From Planctomycetota bacterium (GTDB lineage Bacteria > JAJVIF01 > JAPKYR01), in contig JAUWTM010000002.1 of assembly GCA_030614715.1 (NCBI GenBank), positions 17,334 to 81,333 of the forward strand: a DNA stretch of 64,000 bases, read 5' to 3'. Shown here piece after piece: positions 27,594 to 35,295 of the stretch. The notes beneath the pieces were generated by a model, which did not search any database, had not been told where the DNA came from, and saw only the letters and a program-made list of their open reading frames with translations. Each line of letters begins with the position of its first letter. The first letter of the stretch is position 1. A program made the position numbers and the translations under genes.

Positions 27594-27665
27594 GTGGGGC
27601 AGACTTTCCAGTCTGCCTCTTCAAAATTTATATTATATTCTGGCAGACAGGAATGTCTGCCCCAC
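27594..27665. repeat. REP-like inverted pair of GGCAGAC hairpins
   Basis: GTGGGGCAGACTTTCCAGTCTGCC (27594-27617) and TGGCAGACAGGAATGTCTGCCCCAC (27641-27665) are inverted copies of each other, each an internal hairpin, separated by an AT-rich 23-mer. They lie in the P5-P4 intergenic region. Confidence 0.7.
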
Positions 27666-27690
27666 ACGGATTCTGGTCATTTCTACAGAC

Positions 27691-30366
27691 CTAACGTCCC
27701 GGGAGACGGTCGAGTCTGAATTCCCACGTCCTTATTGTCTCGCCGGAGCAGCCGACGAGGAAGGACGGTATCGGGATGATATCCTCACCTTTCGCGATCC
27801 GGACTCCGTCCGGCGTTCTGGTGACGGTTCCATTGAACAGGTTCCCCCCGCCGACCGATTCCAGCCATGCCATAACCTCTGCAGGGGTCTCCGAGGACAC
27901 GTAATCGAAATGATGATCGGCAAGACCGAGATGGATCTGCTCGGTTCTGAGATTGTGCACTCCCGGTCCGAACGTCTCAATCGTGTAAGTCCCGACACGC
28001 GGGTTGGTGTCGGTGACTATCGTATAACGGCCACCCTCGTGCAGCGTGAGTTGAACGCGTGCCAATCCTTCGCCGTATCCCTCCGCGATTGTGACAATCG
28101 ATCCTCCCGGGACAGGCATGGACATTCCATCCATCACAAGTTCCCAGTAGTAATCATGGCTGTAGTCGCCGGTGCTTATAATTGCACCCGGCTCGATGGT
28201 AATCACCTCGCGCACACGCAAGGGAACTGTCGGGAATGCAGGATGATAAATAGTGCTGTCGATCGTGATCGTACCCTCGTTGCAGTACGGATTCATCACG
28301 TTACCGTCGTCGCTGCCATCGAATTGATCCGTCTCGCGACCGCCGGGGGTCAGGAAGCCGTCGAGATCGTAGTCCTCGCAACCGTCGGTCACTCCGCTGT
28401 TGTCAGCCGTGTCGTTATCGGGATCGAGTTCCTTCCAGATATCATCGCCATCGATATCAGGGTCCCTCTCGTGATATGAGCCGCTTGGATCGAACAGATA
28501 ACCAAGTATATCCGTTTTATCGTCAAGGCCGTCATCATCGGAATCCCTGTCGTTCGGATCGGTCCAGAACCTTTCCACTTCATCGAAATCGACAAGACCA
28601 TCACCGTCAGAATCCTGCCTGATCGTGGATTCATCAGATCGCTGAGGAAAACCGTTTGGTGGCGGGAATTCGATGAATCGCGTATCGTCCTCGCCGATCG
28701 ATTCCCATTGAATATCACCCGGCACCCACGGATCGAGTACGTGCACATAATTTGTGGTACCACCGCTCCAGTCGACTATGGCGTAACCATCCAGCAATGT
28801 GGCGTGAGTGTCGGTGCGACGCTGGATGTCACGTAGGACCGGACGGCCATCGTCAATGAATTCCTTGATTGAATCCATGTCCGATGGGTCTCCGTCGTCG
28901 AACACGGTCGAGGACCATGTTCTAGACACCGCTCCGGGTGCGCCGTACAGCCAGTCAAGGATCTGGCAGATGTCCTGGTCCGAAAGTCCCCGGTCATGGC
29001 CGAGGTCACCGCGCGGATCATCGGGATGACCTGCACGTGTCTTTGCCTGCGACGATCCTATTTCCTGAAAAATGTAGTACGAAACGCGGTCCTGGCTGAG
29101 TGTACGTCCCGCGATCCCCGCTATCATCGATGTGCACGCTCTCGCGCAATATATATCCTTGTGCCCGCCCTCCATCGAGGATCCAATCGGATGCGGACCG
29201 TCCCACGGGTAAGTCCCGCTCATAGTGCAGCCGTCGATGCACACCATGTCGGTATCTTTTCGCTGTTGAAGGTGCGTCGCTCCAAGTACACGCCACTCCC
29301 GGCAAACCTCCGATGCTGCCAGGCGGAGTCCGGGTGGTCCGCCCTTGGCTGAGCTTGCCAGACGATCCGGCTGCAGGTTCAGCAGTTGCGATGTGCCGTA
29401 GCCTGATGTCTCTCCGTTCAGAAGGTCGTTCAGGTCGAACGGCTCTTTTGTGAATTGCCGGACAGGAAACCATGGCTGGGCGACACCTGAATCATCGATT
29501 CCCTGTGCACGCCAGAAGTACGTTCCTGAAAGCAGGTTATCGACGAAGAAATATGGTGTCTCGACCGTTGCTTCAACAAGGATCTCGGAGAAGTATTCAT
29601 CCTCAGAGATCTGGAAATAAAATTCCGCCGCCCAGTCGACCCCCATCACCACCAGGTTGAAATCAGATGCGAGCCGTGCACCGTCCGCCGGACGCATTCC
29701 TAGCGGTCCGGGTGGGGGGTTCGGCAGGCCGGGACTTGCATCTTCCATACCGCGTATGGTCCAGAAATATGATCCGATGTATTCAGCGTTGCTTGGAGGC
29801 CATGTGCCGGGCAGACGCATGCAGACGTCACCGGGAAGATACAGTTCAGTGCCTTCATGAATGACCTCAACATCGGGTCGAAGTGGTGAACCGGGAGCGA
29901 AAGGGAGGTTTACAAAACCACCGTCCGGATTTCCCCACGACAGGACATCGGTTGGTCCATCGGGCCCGATCAGCACGCATCCGTCACCTTCGGGAGGAAA
30001 ACCTGATGATCTCGCGATATCTACATGGACCGTGTTGCCCTGCAGCGATGCTTCATCCGTTAGTTGCGGGTCGATCCTGATCAGCACGAAGCCGTTGGGA
30101 GGGCAGTCGGGTGCATCCTGGGGCAGCGCTATGGCCTGTGCTGTAATGAATTGTATCGACCAGCCCGAAAGTGGGCAGGGATCGCCTGCAGGATTGTAAA
30201 GCTCGACCCATGCAGCTCCATCTGACTGCCACGGACTGATCTCACTCAGGATAAGGTAACCACCTGGATTGGCATGGACGGCGGGTACAGGGGAAGGACC
30301 CTGGGATGTTGAAATGATCGTAAAAATGCAAAGGGTAAACAGAAATAATACAGCATATCGCCCCAT
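27691..30366 (-). CDS. Array paralog P5 (same architecture)
   Basis: Signal peptide MGRYAVLFLFTLCIFTIIS. LILSEISPWQSDGAAWVELYNPAGDPCPLSGWSI. TYFWRA. YCARACTSMIA / THATLLDGY / HVLDP. DSDGDGLVDFDE and DSDDDGLDD repeats. Ends TIRTWEFRLDRLPGR. Confidence 0.75.
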   Translation of the reverse strand: MGRYAVLFLFTLCIFTIISTSQGPSPVPAVHANPGGYLILSEISPWQSDGAAWVELYNPAGDPCPLSGWSIQFITAQAIALPQDAPDCPPNGFVLIRIDPQLTDEASLQGNTVHVDIARSSGFPPEGDGCVLIGPDGPTDVLSWGNPDGGFVNLPFAPGSPLRPDVEVIHEGTELYLPGDVCMRLPGTWPPSNAEYIGSYFWTIRGMEDASPGLPNPPPGPLGMRPADGARLASDFNLVVMGVDWAAEFYFQISEDEYFSEILVEATVETPYFFVDNLLSGTYFWRAQGIDDSGVAQPWFPVRQFTKEPFDLNDLLNGETSGYGTSQLLNLQPDRLASSAKGGPPGLRLAASEVCREWRVLGATHLQQRKDTDMVCIDGCTMSGTYPWDGPHPIGSSMEGGHKDIYCARACTSMIAGIAGRTLSQDRVSYYIFQEIGSSQAKTRAGHPDDPRGDLGHDRGLSDQDICQILDWLYGAPGAVSRTWSSTVFDDGDPSDMDSIKEFIDDGRPVLRDIQRRTDTHATLLDGYAIVDWSGGTTNYVHVLDPWVPGDIQWESIGEDDTRFIEFPPPNGFPQRSDESTIRQDSDGDGLVDFDEVERFWTDPNDRDSDDDGLDDKTDILGYLFDPSGSYHERDPDIDGDDIWKELDPDNDTADNSGVTDGCEDYDLDGFLTPGGRETDQFDGSDDGNVMNPYCNEGTITIDSTIYHPAFPTVPLRVREVITIEPGAIISTGDYSHDYYWELVMDGMSMPVPGGSIVTIAEGYGEGLARVQLTLHEGGRYTIVTDTNPRVGTYTIETFGPGVHNLRTEQIHLGLADHHFDYVSSETPAEVMAWLESVGGGNLFNGTVTRTPDGVRIAKGEDIIPIPSFLVGCSGETIRTWEFRLDRLPGR

Positions 30367-30600
30367 CGACAGCTCTCCCTGGAAATGATTATTTATTGTA
30401 CCAGTAAAGGCTGTCCCATTTCCTGCAAACTGACTTTGCAGGGATACATTATTAGTGCAATCTGCCGGGTTAGACCGGGACAGTGCAATAATGGATCGTT
30501 TCGAGTTATAGCGGATTATTAAACATATTGTTCAAATAGGAACATGGGCATTTCCGTATAAATTTGGTTAAACATATTGGATTTATAAGGGTCCGGGCAG

Positions 30601-30629
30601 TTGACATGCTCATAATATAATGTTATTTT
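30601..30629 (+). promoter_or_regulatory. Candidate sigma70-type promoter upstream of the kor-hdr-frd cluster
   Basis: TTGACA (30601-30606), 17-nt spacer, TATTTT (30624-30629), within the 540-nt AT-rich gap before korD. Confidence 0.3.
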
Positions 30630-30904
30630 CCATCTGCAAGTGATTTGTTTCACATGATGAGAGATGCCCGGGAACGACGGATGGATTCTCCCGGGTAGTC
30701 GTTGTTTATATGGTCCTATTTTTGTGTACGTGAAATAACTGGACTCGGGTCCCCTTCCGGGCCGTGCGACACAGGTCGCGGCCCTGTTTTATTAAGGGAG
30801 AACCCGCGTCCTGTTCACAACTGAGTCACTTGCCTGTCACGTGTCAGGTGAGACACGTGGGGTTATCCGGGACAGTATTAGTTGTTGTCTCGAAGGAGTC
30901 CGAG

Positions 30905-31192
30905 ATGCCCGAATCGAACTACTGGCGTAAGCCGTTCGACGCCGACAAAGTCAAATCGCCTGACGGAACTGTTTACGTTATAAAGGACCGCTGCAAGGGC
31001 TGCGGTTTTTGTGTTGAATTCTGCCCGAGAGGCGTCCTTGTTCTTTCAACCGAATTTAACAGGAAGGGATACCATCCTCCTGAGGTCATCCATCCTGATC
31101 GTTGCGTAAACTGCGACCTCTGCGAGCGGATCTGTCCCGAGTTTGCGATCTACTGTCTCAACCAGGAGGAGATCATCGAACTCGCGCCGTAA
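30905..31192 (+). CDS. korD: 2-oxoacid:ferredoxin oxidoreductase delta subunit (2x[4Fe-4S] ferredoxin)
   Basis: CKGCGFCVEFCP and CVNCDLCERICP motifs. ATG 30905 preceded by AAGGAG. The longer track ORF from 30764 is a non-coding-looking extension. Confidence 0.85.
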   Translation: MPESNYWRKPFDADKVKSPDGTVYVIKDRCKGCGFCVEFCPRGVLVLSTEFNRKGYHPPEVIHPDRCVNCDLCERICPEFAIYCLNQEEIIELAP

Positions 31193-31217
31193 TAGCGAGT
31201 TAGTTACGAGGGCTTTA

Positions 31218-32378
31218 ATGGTTCAAGCTGATCCTGTAGGTGTTTTAACCGGTACTCATTACCTGGATGGCGATCATGCCGCTGCCGAAGGTGCATGTTC
31301 AGCCGGATGCAGATTCTTCGCCGGCTACCCGATAACTCCCTCCACCGAAGTTGCAGAGCGTGTTGCGTTGAGGTTCCCGCTGATTGGCGGGACGTTTATC
31401 CAGATGGAGGACGAACTGGCGAGCATCGCTGCCGTGCTGGGCGGAAGCTGGGGCGGACTGAAATCCATGACAGTTACATCGGGTCCCGGCTTCAGCCTGA
31501 TGATGGAGAACATCGGGCTCGGTGTGATGATGGAAGTTCCCTGCGTTGTGATAAACGTGCAGCGGGGTGGTCCGTCGACCGGGCTCCCGACCCTTCCCGC
31601 ACAGGCGGATATGATGCAGGCACGATGGGGATCCCACGGGGATTACGAACTGATCGCACTATCGCCCAATTCTCCCCAGGAATGTTTCGATTTGACGATC
31701 GAGTCATTCAACCTGAGCGAACAGTGGCGTGTTCCGGTGCTGGTCATGATGGACGAGTGCATCGGCCACATGACCGAGAGGGTTGTTATACCTGAAGCCG
31801 GGGAAATCGAGCTCGTGGAGAGACGATACACTAACCTTAATCCGGACGATTACCTTCCGTACAAGCCTTGCGAGGACCTCGTGCCTGAAATGGCTCCGAT
31901 CGGTTACGGATACAGGTTCCATACGACTGGTCTTACTCACGATGAGCGCGGTTACCCGTCGATGAACGCCGAAACGCAGCAGAGATGTGTGGGGAGGCTC
32001 CTCGACAAGATCAACCTCAATCGTGATGAAATAATCCATGTCGACAAGCATTACCTCGATGATGCCGACATAGTTGTTGTCAGCTACGGCATCTCCAGCA
32101 GGGTTGCGATTCCTGCGGTAGAAAAGGCACGTCGCGAGGGAATCAAGGTTGGCGAACTGAGACTCGTCACCGTATGGCCGTTCCCCGAGAAGCTCATCCG
32201 TGAGCTTGCAGGTAACGTGAAGGCTTTCATCATGCCTGAAATCAACCACGGGCAGGTCGTGCTCGAACTTGAGCGTTGCGCAGGGGGCAGGGCCGAGACC
32301 AGGCTTGTGAAGCATGCCGGGGGATGGGTCCACGATCCGGAAACGATATACGAGGCGATCCGGGAGGCGGCAAAATGA
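31218..32378 (+). CDS. korA: 2-oxoacid:ferredoxin oxidoreductase alpha subunit
   Basis: GDHAAAEGACSAGCRFFAGYPITPSTEVAE N-terminal region is typical of the KorA/PorA family. Start at ATG 31218 (MVQADPVG). Confidence 0.85.
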   Translation: MVQADPVGVLTGTHYLDGDHAAAEGACSAGCRFFAGYPITPSTEVAERVALRFPLIGGTFIQMEDELASIAAVLGGSWGGLKSMTVTSGPGFSLMMENIGLGVMMEVPCVVINVQRGGPSTGLPTLPAQADMMQARWGSHGDYELIALSPNSPQECFDLTIESFNLSEQWRVPVLVMMDECIGHMTERVVIPEAGEIELVERRYTNLNPDDYLPYKPCEDLVPEMAPIGYGYRFHTTGLTHDERGYPSMNAETQQRCVGRLLDKINLNRDEIIHVDKHYLDDADIVVVSYGISSRVAIPAVEKARREGIKVGELRLVTVWPFPEKLIRELAGNVKAFIMPEINHGQVVLELERCAGGRAETRLVKHAGGWVHDPETIYEAIREAAK

Positions 32379-33334
32379 CCGTAACGGAAGTAAAACCTGA
32401 TACCACCCGGAAAATTCCGGAGCATCCCAAGAGCCTGCTTCTCAGGATGGACCGTATGCCCCACATCTGGTGCTCCAGATGCGGGATTGGAATCACAGTC
32501 GGATGCTTCGCGTCAGCAATGGAAAAAACGGGCCTGAGCCCTGATGACATAACTGTCACCAGTGGTATCGGCTGCACGGGTCGGGTTGCCGGCTACGTAA
32601 AAGCTGACAGCTTCCATACCACGCACGGCAGGGCGATTCCGTTTACTGTCGGGCTTGCACTTACACGTCCGGATCTGAAACATGTTGTTTTTTCCGGCGA
32701 CGGCGATCTCATCAGCATCGGCGGTAATCATTTTATCCATGCTGCACGCCGAAACCAGAACATGCTGGTCATTTGCGTCAACAATTTCACGTATGCAATG
32801 ACCGGAGGACAGCTGGCCCCGACCACCCCGGTGACTGCAAGGGCAACGACTGCTCCGTACGGTAGTTTCGAGCGTCCGTTCAGTCTCCCAACCCTGGCAA
32901 TAAGCGCAGGTGCGTCTTATGTCGCTCGATGGACGTCACTCCATATCCGTCGTATTACAGATTCAATGACCGAAGCCCTCCAGCGCCGTGGATTCCGTTT
33001 CATAGAGATAATTGCACCGTGTTCGACTATCTATGCCCGCCGGAACAAACTCGGTACGGGCCTCGATCTGATGAAATATTACTACGAGAACTCAGTCATC
33101 GACCATAACGCGTCAGTCGATGACCTCGACATCGGTTTTCAATCAAAGATCGTCGTTGGAAAGTTTGTCGACAAGGATCGCCCGAGCTACGGCAAGTCCA
33201 TGCACGAGCATTTCAGGAAAGTTCTCGGGAATAAATATCAGCCGCCCGTCAGTGGCAAAATGGAGATCGATAAAAGCTGGAGTGGCTGTACCGAATCGCA
33301 GGATACGACTGTCACAGACGAGGTGCAGTCATGA
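32375..33334 (+). CDS. korB: 2-oxoacid:ferredoxin oxidoreductase beta subunit (TPP-binding)
   Basis: WCSRCGIG...GIGCTGR...FSGDGDLISIGGNHFIHAARRN (Cys ligands and GDG TPP motif). ATGA start/stop overlap with korA at 32375-32378. Confidence 0.85.
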   Translation: MTVTEVKPDTTRKIPEHPKSLLLRMDRMPHIWCSRCGIGITVGCFASAMEKTGLSPDDITVTSGIGCTGRVAGYVKADSFHTTHGRAIPFTVGLALTRPDLKHVVFSGDGDLISIGGNHFIHAARRNQNMLVICVNNFTYAMTGGQLAPTTPVTARATTAPYGSFERPFSLPTLAISAGASYVARWTSLHIRRITDSMTEALQRRGFRFIEIIAPCSTIYARRNKLGTGLDLMKYYYENSVIDHNASVDDLDIGFQSKIVVGKFVDKDRPSYGKSMHEHFRKVLGNKYQPPVSGKMEIDKSWSGCTESQDTTVTDEVQS

Positions 33335-33906
33335 GTCACACTGATATAGTAATTTCTGGTTTCGGCGGACAGGGAGTGATCCTGACCGGCATCGTGCTTG
33401 GCAAGACCATCAGTATCTATTCCGACGGTTATGCAACGATGACACAGAACTTCGGTCCAGAGGCTCGTGGTGGTGCGTGTACGGCGCAGGTCGTGATCGA
33501 CAACGATAAGATCCGGTATCCGTACGTGCAGGTTCCCGACATCATGATAATCATGAGCCAGGAGGCTTACGAAAAGCACGAACCGAGCCTGTCACCGGAC
33601 GGAATGCTGCTTTTTGAGGAAGAGCTCGTAGAGCCGGGGCCAGCGCGGGACAAAATCAGAATGTACGGAATCCCTGCTACCCGTTTCGCGGAGGAGCTTG
33701 GAAATCCGATGGTTCTGAACATGATCATGCTTGGTTTCCTGTCGGGAACAAGCGGATTGATCGAACCGATACCGGCACGGAACGCAATTGCTGCAAGCGT
33801 TCCGGGACATTTCATAGAACTGAATCACCTTGCTTTCAATAAAGGCTACCAGTACGGCAAGGGTCTTGTCGCAGGAGAGATGCTCGCCGGAAAGATTTCG
33901 GGCTGA
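33331..33906 (+). CDS. korC: 2-oxoacid:ferredoxin oxidoreductase gamma subunit
   Basis: ISGFGGQGVILTGIVLG N-terminal motif of gamma subunits. 4-nt overlap with korB. Confidence 0.8.
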   Translation: MSHTDIVISGFGGQGVILTGIVLGKTISIYSDGYATMTQNFGPEARGGACTAQVVIDNDKIRYPYVQVPDIMIIMSQEAYEKHEPSLSPDGMLLFEEELVEPGPARDKIRMYGIPATRFAEELGNPMVLNMIMLGFLSGTSGLIEPIPARNAIAASVPGHFIELNHLAFNKGYQYGKGLVAGEMLAGKISG

Positions 33907-33940
33907 ATAGTTGCTTCCGGCGATCGAGTGAGGTTTCGAG

Positions 33941-34345
33941 ATGGTAAGAATTCTACAACCGGAGGAGAGACGCGAAGCGGTAAACCGTATGCACGAGCTC
34001 TCCAACCAGGACATTCTCCTGTGCCTACAATGCGGCAAGTGCACGGCAGGCTGTCCGTTCTCAAATGACATGGACCTCGCGCCTCACCAGATCGTTCGAA
34101 TGGCCCAGCTTGGACTTATCGACGAGCTGAAAGCGAGTGAGGCGATCTGGTACTGCGCCACGTGCTTCACCTGTGTCAGCCGGTGCCCGGTCGCTATCGA
34201 TATCGCAGCGGTCGCTGAGGTGATACGTCTTTACCTGCAGATGGATGACGAAGCCAGGTTCGACCCGGAGTCCATCCCGAAATCCCTGACAGAGAACGCG
34301 CCCCAACAGGCGCTTGTGAGTCTTTATAGAAAATTCGGTAACTGA
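33941..34345 (+). CDS. hdrC: Heterodisulfide reductase subunit C-like (2x[4Fe-4S])
   Basis: CLQCGKCTAGCP and CATCFTCVSRCP motifs. 134 aa. Lies upstream of hdrB-like. Confidence 0.75.
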   Translation: MVRILQPEERREAVNRMHELSNQDILLCLQCGKCTAGCPFSNDMDLAPHQIVRMAQLGLIDELKASEAIWYCATCFTCVSRCPVAIDIAAVAEVIRLYLQMDDEARFDPESIPKSLTENAPQQALVSLYRKFGN

Positions 34346-34356
34346 GAGCTGTAGAC

Positions 34357-35295
34357 ATGAAGGTTGGCTATTATCCCGGATGTACTCTCAAAGGCAGTGC
34401 GAAAGCCCTTGATGAGACCACTCATCTCGCTGTTGAACTCCTCGGCAGCTCACTCACCGAGATCGAGGACTGGACCTGCTGCGGTGCGACAACCCCACTG
34501 ACCGAAACAAGGATCGCGAACCTCATCGCACAGACACGCCTTCTTGCGAAAACACGCGACGCAGGATACGACGCCCTTGTCACCACCTGCCCGTTCTGTT
34601 TCTCGACACTTAAACGGGCGAACCTGACCCTCGCGAACGATGAGCTCAAACGCAGGCGCATGAACACATACCTTGCGGAGGATCGACGTCTAAGGGATTA
34701 CGAAACTCCTCCGCCCGCATGGGTCGATTACAGCGGTGAGACGCGCGTACTTCACATGCTTGAATGGATCCGTGATGATTTCGGTTTCCAGGTGATCTCT
34801 ACCGCCGCACGGGTCTCTCTCAAGGGCTTGAAGGTTGCTCCATTCTACGGATGCCAGCTTCTGCGTCCCGCGGATGAGCTGGCCATGTGCGATCCCGAGA
34901 ATCCTGTTCTCTTCGAGGAATTTCTTGGAGCGCTTGGAACCGATGTAATCGACTTCCCGAACAGGATCGACTGCTGTGGAAGCTACCTGTCGGTCGCACG
35001 TCCGGAAGCCGCGCTGAGAGCATCGTGCAAGATTCTGGACAGCGCGCGAATGCACGGTGCTGATACGGTTGTCGTTACGTGCCCGCTCTGTTTCTACAAT
35101 CTCGATTACTTCCAGGACGAGATGCTCAGGGGTAATCCCGAATTCAAACAGGTTCCGATCCTGTACTTCACCCAGCTCCTTGCACTTGCGCTTGGTGCAC
35201 CGCTCGACAAACTCGGTCTCGATTCGCACAAGGTGGATCCCGGACCGCTCCTTGAGCGCTTTACAGTGAACGTTCCCGGGGAGGTGCCGGCGTGA
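34357..35295 (+). CDS. hdrB: Heterodisulfide reductase subunit B-like (two CCG domains)
   Basis: YYPGCTL...WTCCGAT...CPFCF, and a second copy YGCQL...DCCGSY...CPLCFYN. Confidence 0.8.
   Translation: MKVGYYPGCTLKGSAKALDETTHLAVELLGSSLTEIEDWTCCGATTPLTETRIANLIAQTRLLAKTRDAGYDALVTTCPFCFSTLKRANLTLANDELKRRRMNTYLAEDRRLRDYETPPPAWVDYSGETRVLHMLEWIRDDFGFQVISTAARVSLKGLKVAPFYGCQLLRPADELAMCDPENPVLFEEFLGALGTDVIDFPNRIDCCGSYLSVARPEAALRASCKILDSARMHGADTVVVTCPLCFYNLDYFQDEMLRGNPEFKQVPILYFTQLLALALGAPLDKLGLDSHKVDPGPLLERFTVNVPGEVPA

Noticed and set aside
27580-28479. 299-aa plus-strand ORF antisense to paralog P5. Similar antisense ORFs lie in the array (24288-24848, 26324-26881, 29861-30199).
   Set aside because: Each overlaps a well-supported minus-strand gene. 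The 5' part runs through the REP hairpins and the composition is Arg/Ser-rich. They are treated as shadow ORFs.
30764-30904. N-terminal extensions of korD (from 30764), korA (from 31143) and korB (from 32276) in the ORF track.
   Set aside because: The extensions are Arg/Ser-rich, overlap the preceding genes in another frame and lack homology-like motifs. Internal ATGs with a Shine-Dalgarno or ATGA coupling give canonical subunit N-termini.
30367-30904. 540-nt AT-rich non-coding gap upstream of korD as a possible riboswitch or sRNA locus.
   Set aside because: I could not recognise any known riboswitch consensus or a convincing conserved structure by eye. It is most simply a divergent regulatory region between the array and the kor cluster.
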